The notes under the pieces are model-generated. The model was not told the DNA's origin. It saw only the letters and a list, made by a program, of their open reading frames with translations, and did not search any database. DNA of 64,000 nucleotides, taken from NCBI RefSeq assembly GCF_963921235.1, contig NC_086097.1, positions 147,810,001 to 147,874,000 on the forward strand, written 5' to 3'. Positions 1 through 12,208 of the stretch are shown in pieces (position 1 is the stretch's first letter; each line of letters begins with the position of its first letter). The position numbers and the translations under genes are program-made. The stretch is from Mobula hypostoma (taxonomy: Eukaryota).

Positions 1-873
1 TGTTAGGAACTAAAAAATTACTTCCTTGGGCTCGATGAGATATACCCCAGGTTACTACAGGAAGTGAGAGGCCACGGTAGAACAACCAGAAGACTGGAGG
101 ATGGCAAATCTTATTCATTGGTCCAAGAAGGGTAATGGGGATAATCCTGGGAATTAGACTAGTGAGTGGGCAGTTCGGAAGAATAGAGACATTTTGGGTT
201 CCACTTCCATCGATCACTCAAAGTTGCCGTGCAAGTTGATAAGGTGTCCAAGAAAGCATTTGGTCTGTCTTCATTAGTGCGGAAATTGAGAGCCATGCAA
301 TAATGTTGCAGCTCTATAAAATTCTTATTAGACCATATTTAGAGTATTGCGTTCAGTTCTAGTCACCTCATTATAGGAAGGATGTGGAAGCTTTGGAGGG
401 GGTGTGGAGGAGATTTACCAGCATGCTTCCAGGGTAAGAGAACATGTCTTATGAGGAAAGGTTGATCAAGCTGGCTTTTTTGAGTGAAGAGGGATGAGAG
501 TGACTTGATAGCACTGTGTAAAGATAAGTGGCATAGGATGGACAGCCAGTGCCTTTTTGTAGCCATGTTGGTAATGGCTAATACAGAGGGCATAATATTA
601 AGTTGTTTGGTGGAAAGAATAGGGAGGGATGTCAGAGGTAGGCTTTTTACACAGAGGGGTTAATGCACGGAACACACTGCCAGGAATGGTAATAGAGGCA
701 AATACTTTAGGGAAATTTAAGAGACTCTTGGGTAGTCACATTGATGAAAGAAAAATAGAGGGCTATGTGGAAGGGAAGGGTCAGATTGATCTTGGAGTAG
801 GTTAAAAGGACTCTCCAACATCATAGGCCAAAGGGGCTATACTCTGCTATATTGTTCTATGTCGATGTTCTAT
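1..873 (+). mobile_element. Degenerate CR1-clade LINE fragment (internally deleted RT region plus 3' UTR)
   Basis: Remnant translations resembling PDEIYPRLL, PEDWRMAN..KKG..DNPGN, then a jump to RPYLEYCVQF.SPHYRKDVEALE. Ends in a CR1-type 3' UTR with a tgttctat-like tail near 850-873. Confidence 0.85.
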
Positions 874-1017
874 ATAATCAACAAAGCTTGAAGGGGAAGA
901 GAATTGTAGTGAAGCTTATTTTGGGAAATTGGTCCACAGTTGCATGTTTGTCCAACATGGCACATGTAATCCAGCGATAGCCCAGCAAAGTTAAGCTTGG
1001 TGGACTTGTATAGATAA

Positions 1018-1260
1018 CCACAAAATTCTGGAGGAACTCAGCGAGTTGGGCAGCATCTGTCGGGGGAAGGGGGTGGAATAAACAGTCTGTGTTTTGGTCC
1101 AAGACCATTCATCAGAACTTAGTATGTTCGTGATGAAGGCTCTTAGTCTGAATCATCAACTGTTTACTTCCCTCCTTGGATGTTTCCTGACTTGAGTTTC
1201 TCCAGCATTTTTTGTGTGTGTGTGTCTCGACTTCCAGAATCTGCAGAATCTCTTGTGTTT
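1018..1260. mobile_element. Short inverted-repeat element made of two head-to-head Penelope-like termini
   Basis: Left arm caaaattctggaggaactcagc..gcagcatctg..ttcatcag; right arm tgatgaagg..gagtttctccagcattttttgtg..atctgcagaatctcttgtgttt. Both resemble the terminus of the Penelope copies at 36284 and 42337. Confidence 0.7.
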
Positions 1261-1739
1261 GCAAAGATAACCTTTTTTTCTCTTAAAAAGTGGTATTTTA
1301 TCAGAACCTTCCTACCTTCACATACCAAAGGATATTCAGATTGTGGAACCGTCAAGAGAGTTTGGTAATCATACTGTGTCTGGTGCTAAAATATAAGTAA
1401 CATTTAAAATTACAATTATTTCCTCTTTGTGCACAGAATGGACTCAATTCCCTTGATGATTCTGCTAGTTGAATATTTTTGTGCTTCTATTGCACTCTTC
1501 TATATTGATTAAATATCAGTTAACAAAGCATAGATGAAGGACTCGACCTTCATTTTGCCTGTTCGTCCATCTCTATGCCACATTTGATTTTATATTGATC
1601 CCCTGAGCCAGCAGGGGAAGAGTTTAGTGAAAGATTGCTCATAAGGTTAAGGTGTATGGGGAGTAAATTTGCCATATGTCGCCTTGGAGAGGCTCTTCTG
1701 ATTTACCTTTGTTTTCACTATGTAATTATTGGGTGTGGA

Positions 1740-2420
1740 GAATATGACTGATAAGTGAATACATTGCAGATAAAGTTAGGAACTGAGAGACTCTTAGGAA
1801 GACTGCTAAACAATAACAAACAGCCACCAAAGGCCTCCAGAATTGTTCACTTGTTCTGCAGTTCTCTCAGCTAATTGATTGCCCAATTTTTTCTTTATGT
1901 GAAAAGAGACAGATATCAAGTAATTTGCAGCAATAATGTGCTTGCACTTGGCCTGCTCTATCTCTGTGTTCATTTCCGATTGCAGAAGAAATGCTAATAT
2001 ATAATTATCCTTGCAAATTGGATTGCTTTAAATAAAGAGAAGTGTTTGGCCGAGAGGGACGAACCCATTTCCTTGAGTTACTGCGAGCTGTAATTGCAGC
2101 ATTCAATCAATTTGCAGTATTAGAAATTCAATCATTATCAACATCAAGCCTCATTCCTTCTGATAGCTAAAAGCCAAGTAATTTCTCCCTTTTTAAACAG
2201 CTGAATTAATCAGACTAGATTTAAACATTTGCTCACATGAAGAGGTCAGGGCTAGTAATATATTGTCTTCCAGATAACGGTTAATGAAAAGGAAATTAAA
2301 TTACTAATAACCACCTTGGTGTATTAAAAAGTTAAAATTGACTATTTTCAGAGTTAATTTAATGGAATATGCTTGTGTTTCTGTTGTACATTAACATCAA
2401 TATGCTTCGCAGCACGTTGA
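1740..2420. promoter_or_regulatory. Putative conserved non-coding element / enhancer
   Basis: TE-free, non-coding, dense in TAAT/ATTA, TCAATCA, GATAA, AGGTCA and CAGCTG motifs. Conservation cannot be tested from the sequence alone. Confidence 0.35.
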
Positions 2421-2864
2421 CTAATAATGGTGAGAAATATTTGACGGTATCTATCTTTATATCATGATGTTCAATACCTTTATATCTAGCATCATGTTAT
2501 CTGTAACACATAGACTACGTTGTCAAGGCCTTAAATACCAATCCTGTCTGAAGATTGGCCTATGGACCCATTTAAGAAAACAGAGAACCTGCGATCCTGT
2601 TTGAAGTAGTATCACTAACCACTCACGTATCTAGACCTTGTATCCAGTATAATGCTGAACATTATAGTTATTTAGATAAATGTTACAAAACAGATATTCT
2701 TTGCCATATAATGTTGATCTGTTGGTAATTGCCAAATACTCCTGATTCTCTCCTGTTTAGACAGAAATGTCAGCAGCCATCCATCTATTGCCTGTGTATA
2801 CACGTATCTGTCTGTGTGCCTCTTAAGTGCCACTGTCGTATCTGCTTTGTCCACCACTACCACT

Positions 2865-2892
2865 CGCGCGCGTGTGTGTGTATGTATACATG
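2865..2892. repeat. Alternating purine-pyrimidine microsatellite (CG)n(TG)n(TA)
   Basis: cgcgcgcgtgtgtgtgtatgtatacatg read directly. Confidence 0.8.
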
Positions 2893-4395
2893 ATTTCTTG
2901 ACAGGTACTTTAGCCTTTAAATGGTTTAGCCTTGCATGGAAAGACGAAGTACCCAAACCATCTAAGAGAAAGCAGAAAATGCTGGAAAGAAAGGCAGAAC
3001 ATTGGCAATCAGAAACCAAACTTCCCAGATAAAATAATCGCCATCTTCACAGCAGCATTATTAAGTCTTCCCATCTTTTGTTCAAAAGCAATAAAACAAA
3101 AATGATGGTGTTAAATTCAGTAAAGCTAAGTGAGGACAGGATCCACACTCCAGTGGGAGTAAGAATAAACTGTAGAAATGATCTTTTTGTGTACTATTTC
3201 TTTGAATAGGAGCAATAAAATGTTGGGAATCATACAGTTTTTTTTTAAAAAAAAGTAAACTCTTCAGTCAGCGTTGTGCACAGAGCAAGATACTTCATGT
3301 TGCAGGTGCGGATTCCTTGTAAAAGGGTCTCCTGTGGAAACCCTGGAAACCCTGCAACAACTTTTCAGTCATGGCTCTGCTCTAGTTATTGCTGGAGAAC
3401 ACGGAGCACCACATCAGCTTTGCACATCCAAAGAACTAGAGCGACTATCACAGAAGTGCATAGGACAAGTTTTATGAGGTCATAAGTAGAGCGCTAAGGA
3501 ATTCTGGGCCTTAATACTAATATCACTACTCTGGTCTGATGCTAGTAAATAAATAATTTAGTATACTGTAGCTTTCTATTGAACTGATTACTTTGGTCCT
3601 TTATGGTAAAAAAAGAAATTCACTGATGTATGCGGTTTTCCTTGACAGATCTCAGTGTTGTCAGGTTAAACTGAGTATTTCTATTGTTATTGCAGTTATT
3701 CAAGAGATTTTGTAATACATTGTATTTTAATATAGACCACCATTTTATCCATTATTGAATATCCAGATTGCACTTAATAGTTTAATTTCATCATGTAAAC
3801 TTACTGTTCTGTTCAAGTTTCATTCTGACACGTTATAATGACCTTGTCAGCTATCCATTTTGCCAAAGTAAGTTCTCAAATATTTAATCTATATACATAT
3901 ATTTTGTTTCCAACTGAGATTGAGGATTGAGACAGCTACCGTTCCTTTGGATTTCCCCTGTGACTTGGGTAGGAATATCTACTTCCTTTCCAAAAATGCA
4001 GCCAGATATGCCTGATAATTAGAAAGTCATCAAATCCAGAGCTATCAAGTGGGCTTTGCATATTGTTCAGAATTTCTTGTCTTAAAAACATAGGCAGTTG
4101 TAAAAGCCTTAAAAATCAGATACAGATATGCTACTTACACGTCTCCAGTGTGCAAAGAGGACTGTGAAACCTCATAGGAGCTTTTGTAAATTTCGATACA
4201 GAAGCCTAGGAGTTCTCATCCCCTTTCAGCTTTCTGCAGCAACACTCTTGTTTATTCATCCAGCCCCTCTCTATCTTCTTGATTAAAATGAATGTGATCT
4301 GGCACCTAGGTTACGCAACATTCACAGAAACACTAAAATTTGATGGTGCTCAATTTTGCAGAAATTTGAGAGTATCAGAGGGCAGAAGTTAGTGT

Positions 4396-5745
4396 AGTTC
4401 CTATTGCTAAGGAGAAGATGCTTGGGAAACTAGAATTCTGGAATGGTTCCGGAAGACTGGAAAATTACAAATGTCACTCCACTCTTTAAGAAGGAAGGGA
4501 AGCAAAATATAAGGAAATTATAGAGCAGTTAGTCTGATTTCAGTGATTGGGAAGATTTTAGAGTCCATTATTAAGGATGAGGTTTCAGGGTAGTTAAAGG
4601 CACATGATAAAGTAGGCCAAAGTCTGCAAGTCCTTTAAGAGGAAACCTTGCCTAATAAATCTGTGGGAATTCTTTGAAGAAATAATGGGCAGAATAGACA
4701 AAGGAGAGTCAGTGGATGTTGTTTACTTGAATTTTCAGAAGGCCTTTGACAAGGTGCCACGCATGAGGCTGTTTAACAAGATAAGAGCCCAAGGTATTAT
4801 AGGAAAGATACTAGCATGGATAGAAGGTTGGCTGACTGGCAGGAGGCAAAGAATGGGAATAAAGGGGGACCTTTTCTGGTTGGCTGCTGGCAACTGGAGG
4901 TATTTCGCCGGGGTGGGACTGCTTCTTTTCACATTGTGTCAACAATTTGATGGCTTTGTGGCCAAGTTTGCAGACATAACAAAGTTAAGTGGAGGGCCAG
5001 GTAGTGTTGAGTAAGTGGGGAGTCTGCAGAGGAATTGGACTGGGACAAATGGAATATAGTGTAGGGAAGTGTATGGTCATATACTTTGGAAGAATGAATA
5101 AAGACATAGACTATTTTCTAAATGGGGCGAAAATTCAAAAATTGGTGATGCAAAGGGACTTTGGAGTCCTTGTACAGGATTCCCAGTAAGTTAACTTGCA
5201 GGTTGAGTTGGTGGTGAGGGAGGCAGGTGCAATGTTAACATTAATTTTGAGAGGTCTAGAATATAAGAGCAAGGTTGTCATGCTGAGGCTTTATAATATA
5301 TTATGTGTTCGATGGCTCTGAGCCTGTACTCGCTGTAGTTTAGAAGAATGTGGAGGGATCTCATTGAAGCCCATTCAGTGTTGGAAGACCTAGATAGAGT
5401 TGATGTGGAGAGGACGTTTCCTATAGTGGTTGAGTCTAGGTCTCGAGGTCACAGCCTCAGAATAAGGGGGGGGGGGTGTCATCCAATTAGAATAGAGATG
5501 AGGAGGAAATTCTTTAGCCAAAGGGTTGTGAATATGTGGAGTTCATTGCCATGGATAGCTGTGGAGACGAAGATATTGAGTACATTTAAAGCAGAGGTTG
5601 ATAGGTTCTCGATTAGCCAGGGCATCGCAGGTTGCAGGTAGAAGGCAGGGAGAATGAGGTTGAAAGGAATAATAAGTCACACCTGATGGAATGGCGGAGC
5701 AGGATTGATGGGCCAAATGGCCTACTTCTGCATATATGTCTTATC
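4396..5745 (+). mobile_element. Degenerate CR1 LINE, RT region to 3' UTR
   Basis: ORF pieces 4685-5014 (VDVVYLNFQKAFDKVP, VAKFAD), 4989-5189 and 5348-5641 (RKFFSQRVVNMW). 3' UTR gggccaaatggcctacttctg..tcttat. Confidence 0.9.
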
Positions 5746-5748
5746 TCC

Positions 5749-5990
5749 GAAATGCTGTGCCTCAAGGTGGCCTCGTCTTTCATTAAGGACCATCATCATC
5801 CGGGACATACCTTCTGCTCATTACTCCAAGGAGAGACAGGAGCCTGAAGACCCAAATTCAGTGTTTTAGGATCAGCTTCTTCCCCTCGGCTACCAGATTT
5901 ATGAATGAACCTTGATCGCTACCTCGCTATTTCTCTGTCACACTATTTCTTTCTTTATTTATTTATTGTAACATGTAGTTAATTGTTCTT
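5749..5990 (+). mobile_element. Rex1/Babar-type LINE 3' fragment
   Basis: IKDHHHPGHTFCSLL..SFFPSATRFMN-like remnant, homologous to the 3' ends at 58810 and 61220. Confidence 0.65.
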
Positions 5991-8900
5991 TCAACCACAA
6001 ATCTGTTTTTGACAATGTTTTTGCTACTGGAATCAATTTCTCCTAACTGATGCTCTATCACAGTGAGTTCTGATTTATAACACTTTACCAAGTCTCTCAA
6101 TAATCTCCACTAAAAAGGAAATTACCTTAGTCTCCCCATAGACCTAACATCTGCCCTTATCCCTGCTACCAATTCAGTAGATATATTCTGCATCTTGAGA
6201 TTTATTCAAAAAGCTAAAGGTCTGCTATGCTTTTAAATGGCTTTCTCAATTTATCCAACCACATTCAGTATTTTCCAAAAATACTTCAGGTCTTTCTGTT
6301 GCTGTTCCAAGCCTTATTAAAATTGTCATATTGCCTCTACTTTCTTGTTAAAGATGCACAATTTTTATTTTTTTTTCTGACATCTTCTCACCAGTCTGTC
6401 CTATTTTAAAGCCTTTGAGGGTTCAGAGCAGATTTAGCAGAGGGATAGCAAAGATGAGGAATATTAATTATATGCAGACACTGCCAAAACTAAGATTCTT
6501 TCTGTACAGCAGTAATCAGGAAAATTTGCACCGAAGCATTGACGACCAGAGGAAACTGACCAGTGTTTAAAAAATAAATCAGAATTGATACCCTCCTTGT
6601 CCACTTATGATCTTGAAATATTTACCGGAATAGTCAGGTCTATGATATTAGTATCTATGATGAAGTATGTAGCTGTATTGTATAGTGCCAGGGATTCCCT
6701 TCAATCATCCGAAGAGTAGAGGATCACTTGCTGAGAAGCCTGTCCCTCCCTTTTCTCCCCTGAAACAAAGACCTTCCATATCTAAAACTTGCTTTGAATT
6801 TTGTTTTCTGTTTTTTCACTTTCAAGGGATTTTGGAGCTCAGCCTCTAAAAGTCTGATGGAGTATATTATGTAACCTACAAAGATACAAATTGAAAGCTG
6901 CACATTGGAAAGCCTCAAATGAAAGCTTTTGCTTGGTCATTGTGTTCACAGTGATTTGAATGGTCTCCAACTGTACAATAAATTCCAACGACTTTTTAAA
7001 ATCTTGTCTAAATTAGCAGTTTTTTCTGAAGAAATCTTTATTGGATAACTGCCTGCGAGGATATGCAAGGCTTCACTATGCAAGAAATCTTGGTCACTGG
7101 CAACATTGTTTTCCTTAAACCAGGACTAACTCTATTTCCTTCATTTTAGTTCTGTGCACTATTGCTGAATGCACTAAACTGTTTCAGGTTAGCTGTCCTG
7201 TTCCAAATAAAAATGTTGGGAAAGTGAATAAAGTGTAAATCACTGTTATCAGCACTTGTAATTACCTAGCACATTTTTCTGGGACAGTGCTCTGAGTGAG
7301 ATATCACCCATCTTAGTTTGATGTAATTTATTATTTTCATCCATCTGTTTTTTAAAGAATTAAATTGCGCAATGTTTTCTTGTTAAAATTATGTCAGCAT
7401 TCTGTGCCTGTGATATTATTACTTTAGAAATTTGGCAATCTTACATTATTCTCTAATTTTTATAATCTACTGAAGGAGGGCCAGGGAAGGAAGAAATTCC
7501 GGTAGTTATGTTACAATGACAAATCCAGCTGTCAACTGTCATTAAATGAAGTTTTGTAGGTTAATTGGCATTTGAGAAAATCACTCGTCACATGCAGACA
7601 GCTCAATTCCTCCTTTCTCGCTCTGTGATAGTGTGTAATAAATAGTTAGTTTATATCTGTATGCTTTTTTTGAAGTCTTTATTTGGTTACTGTGAGTGGA
7701 CGACTTTTGCCTGTTGAGTAATTTGATGTGGCAGCTATCCAAGACCTTGTATAAATCATTAAGTTCTCAAGTCTCCCGTGTCATTTTCTGTGTCCCAATT
7801 TTAATAATGGATGTTTAGTCACGATACACGATGTGCTCAAAGTTCACATAGTTGGCACGCAGCAGGCCTGGGTTCACTGACGGCTGTTGGTGAGAGTGTC
7901 TGCTTTCCTGTCAAGAATATGCAGCCACATGGACCAAGAATGCTGGGCTCTGAGCAGTTTAGTAATGTTAGATTCTGCCATGTGAGATTGAGGCATGCAA
8001 GGCAATCCATGATAATCGTGCCCATTTCAATTGCTGAAACTTTTTGTTTAGAAAAAAGGTTTAGGTCTGTTGTTTATTATTTGCCAGTTGTGTATTTTGT
8101 TTGCTAAGTAGGTTCTGTTTGCATCAATGCTGTCTTTATACTACCCCTTCACAAACTGTTCCTTTAGTAAAAAGAATAAGATAAAAAATAAAACCTTACA
8201 CTGCAGCCTTTTCATGTCATTGAATCTTAATATTTTTTGATGGATAGTGACAGTAAAAGAGTTTCTGACATTGGCCAGTGAACAGACTAGTGCAGGGTCC
8301 TGATACCAATGTAGAGTCAAAATCTCATCTGCATGAGGGAGAATCAAAAATAACATTGTATTTGCACAGTTAATGCCCTTTTCTCAGTCTTGTGCACCTG
8401 AGTTTGAATATCTTCTAATCTCCATCTTAACAGTGCGCTTACTGATCCTGAACAATTTGCCATCAACCTTTCTTTCACATTAATGAAACGTGCAGTTATT
8501 TTCCCCTTCACCGTGGCATGCAAAAGTTTGGGCACCCCTGGTCAAAATTTCTGTTACTGTGAATAGCTAAGCGAGTAAAAAAAACGACATTTCCAACAGG
8601 CATAAAGTTAAAGATGACACATTTCTTTAATGTTTTAAGCAAGATTACTTTTCTATTTCCATCTTTTACCATTTTAAAATAACAAAAAAGGAGAAGGGCC
8701 TAAAGCAAAAGTTTGGGCACCCTGCATGGTCAGTACTTAGTAGTACCCCCTTTGGCAAGTATCACAGCTGGTAAATGCTTTTTGTAGCCAGCTGAGAGTT
8801 TTTCAACTCTTGTTTGGGGGATTTTCACCCATTCTTCCTTGTAAAAGGCTTCTAGTGCTGTGAGATTCTTGGGCCATCTTGCATGCACTGCTCTTTTGAG

Positions 8901-9836
8901 GTCTATTCACAGATTTTTGATGATGTTTAGGCCAGGGGACTGTGAGGGCCATGGCAAAACCTTCAGCTCGTGCCTCTTGTGGTAGTCCATTGTGGATTTT
9001 GAGGTGTGTTTAGGATCATTATCCTGTTGTAGAAGCTATCCTCTTCATCATCAGCTTTTTCACAGATGGTGTGATGTTTGCTTCCAGAATTTGCTGGTAT
9101 TTAATTGAATTCATTCTTCCCTCTACCAGTGAAAAGTTCCCCATGCCACTGGCTGCAACACAAGCCCAAAGCATGATCAATCCACCCCCGTGCTTAACAG
9201 TTGGAGAGGGGTTCTTTCCATGAAATTCTGCACCCTTTTTTCTCCAATTGCGGCCAAAAAGTTCTATTTTAACTTCATCAGTCCACAGGACTTGTTTCCA
9301 AAATGTATCAGGCTTGCTTAGATGTTCCTTTGCAAACTTCTGATGCTGAATTTTGGCCGCAATGAGCAAAGGTATGTTTGGAGAAAAAAAGGGTGCAGAA
9401 TTTCATGAAAAGAACACCTCTCCAACTGTTAAGCACGGGGGTGGATCGATCATGCTTTGGGCATGTGTTGCAGCCAGTGGCACGGGGAACATTTCACTGG
9501 TAGAGGGAAGAATGAATTCAATTAAATACCAGCAAATTCTGGAAGCAAACATCACAGCGTCTGTTTAAAAAAAAAAGCTGACGATCAAAAAAGGATGGCT
9601 TCTACAACAGGATAATGATCCTAAACACACCTCAAAATCCACAATGGACTACCTCAAGAGGCACAAGCTGAAGGTTTTGCCATGGCCCTCACAGTCCTCT
9701 GACCTAAACATCATCAAGAATCTGTGCATAGACCTCAAAAGAGCAGTGCATGCAAGATGGTCCAATAATCTCATAGCACTAGAAGCCTTTCACAAGGAAG
9801 AATGGGCGAAAATCCCCCAAACAAGAGTTGAAAGAC

Positions 9837-12208
9837 CATAAGACAAAGGAGCAGAAGTAGGCCATTCGGCCCATCGAGTCTGCTCCGCCATTTTATCATG
9901 AGCTGATCCATTTTATCCTATTTAGTCCCACTGCCCCGCCTTCTCACCATAACCTTTGATGCCCTGGCTACTCAGATACCTATCAATCTCTGCCTTAAAG
10001 ACACCCAATGACTTGGCCTCCACTGCTGCCCGTGGCAACAAATTCCATAGATTCACCACCCTCTGACTAAAAAAATTTTTTCGCATTTCTGTTCTGAAAG
10101 GGCGCTCTTCAATCCTGAAGTCACGCCGTCTCGTACTAGACTCCCCCATCATGGGAAACAACTTTGCCACATCCACTCTGTCCATGCCTTTTAACATTCG
10201 AAATGTTTCTATGAGGTCTCCCCTCATTCTTCTAAACTCCAAGGAATACAGTCCAAGAGCGGACAAATGTTCCTCATATGTTAACCCTCTCATTCCCGGA
10301 ATCATTCTAGTGAATCTTCTCTGTACCCTCTCCAACGTCAGCACATCCTTTCTTAAATAAGGAGACCAAAACTGCCCACAGTACTCCAAGTGAGGTCTCA
10401 CCAGCGCCTTATAGAGCCTCAACATCACATACCTGCTCCTATACTCTATTCCTGTAGAAATGAATGCCAACATTGCATTCGCCTTCTTCACTACCGACTC
10501 AACCTGGAGGTTAACTTTAAGGGAATCCTGTACGAGGACTCCCAAGTCCCATTGCATCTCAGAACTTTGAATTCTTTCCCTATTTAAATAATAGTCTACC
10601 CGTTTATTTTTTCTGCCAAAGAGCATAACCATACACTTTCCAACATTGTACTTCATTTGCCACTTCTCTGCCCATTCTTCCAATCTATCCAAGTCTCTCT
10701 GCAGACTCTCCGTTTCCTCAGCACTACTGGCCCCTCCACCTATCTTTGTATCATCAGCAAACTTAGCCACAAAGCCCTCTATTCCATAATCCAAATCGTT
10801 GATGTACAATGTAAAAAGAAGCGGCCCCAACACTGATTCCTGTGGAACACCACTGGTAACCGGCAGCCAACCAGAATAGGATCCCTTTATTCCCACTCTC
10901 TGTTTCCTGCCAATCAGCCAACGCTCTATCCACGTATGTGACTTTCCTGTAATTCCATGGGCTCTTATCTTGTTAAGCAGCCTCATGTGTGGCACTTTGT
11001 CAAAGGCCTTCTGAAAATCCAAATATACAACATCCACTGCATCTCCCTTGTCTAGCCTACTGGTAATTTCCTCAAAAAATTGTAATAGGTTTGTCAGGCA
11101 GGCTTTTCCTTTAAGGAATCCATGCTGAGTTCTGCCTATCTTGTCATATGCCTCCAGGTACTCTGTAACCTCATCCTTGACAATCGACTCCAACAACTTC
11201 CCAAACACCGACGTCAAGCTAACAGGTCTATAATTTCCTTTTTGCTTCCTTGCCCCCTTCTTAAATAGCGGAGTGACATTTGCAAGCTTCTAGTCCTCCG
11301 GAACCATGCCAGAATCTATCGACTTTTGAAAGATCATCGCTAATGCCTCCGCAATCTCCACAGCTACTTCCTTCAGAACATGAGGGTGCATTCCATCTGG
11401 TCCAGGAGATTTATCGACCTTTAGCCTATTCAGCTTCCTGAGTACTTTCTCTGTCGTAATTGTGACTGCGCACACTTCTCTTCCCTGCCACCCTTGAGTG
11501 TCCGGTATCGTGCTGTCTTCCTCAGTGAAGACTGATGCAAAATACTTGTTCAGTTCCTCTGCCATCTCCTCATCTCCCATTACAATTTCTCCAGTATCAT
11601 TTTCTATCGGTCCTATATCTACTCTCACCTGTCTTTTACTCTTTATATACTTTGAAAAAGCTTTTAGTATCCTCTTTGATATTATTTGCTAGTTTCCTTT
11701 CATAGTTAATCTTTTCTCTCTTAATGACCTTCTTGGTTTCCTTTTGTAAGGTTTTAAAGACTTCCCAATCCTCTGTCTTCCCACTAATTTTTGCTTCCTT
11801 CTATGCCCTCTCCTTAGCTTTAACTTTGGCTTTGACTTCTCTTGTCAACCACGGTTGCATCCTTTTTCCACTCGAAGATTTCTTCTTTTTTGGAATATAC
11901 CTGTCTTGCACACGCCACACTTCTCGCATAAACTCCAGCCACTGCTGCTCTGCCGTCTTTCTCGCCAGTGTCTCTTTCCAGTCAACGTTGGCCAGTTCCT
12001 CTCTCATGCCACTGTAGTTTCCTTTACTCCACTGAAACACCGACACATCAGATTTCGCCTTCTCTTTTTCTAATTTCACAGTGAACTCAATCATGTTATG
12101 ATCACTGCCTCCTAAGGGTTCCTTCACCTCAATCTCTCTAATCACCTCCGGTTCATTACACAATACCCAATCCGGTACAGCCGATCCCCTAGTCGGCTCA
12201 ACAACAAC
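9837..12208 (-). mobile_element. Young 5'-truncated CR1 LINE (end of APE endonuclease, RT and 3' UTR)
   Basis: ORF2 pieces 11801-12163 (EPLGGSDHNMI), 11290-11628 (KSPGPDGMHP) and 9922-11217. AAGAC duplicated at 9832-9836 and 12209-12213; tail is the reverse complement of tcttatgg repeats. Confidence 0.95.
9922..11217 (-). pseudogene. CR1 ORF2 reverse transcriptase domain (431 aa open stretch of a disrupted ORF2)
   Basis: QHGF, YLDFQKAFDKVPH, GVPQESVLGP, KFADDTK motifs. Upstream ORF2 has stops at 11290 and 11801 and one frameshift between them. Confidence 0.92.

Noticed and set aside
2672..3485. Short ORFs and a possible minus-strand acceptor near 2960 as a host exon
   Set aside because: No recognisable protein similarity, weak donor, and the ORFs cross a microsatellite. 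Not supportable without RNA-seq.
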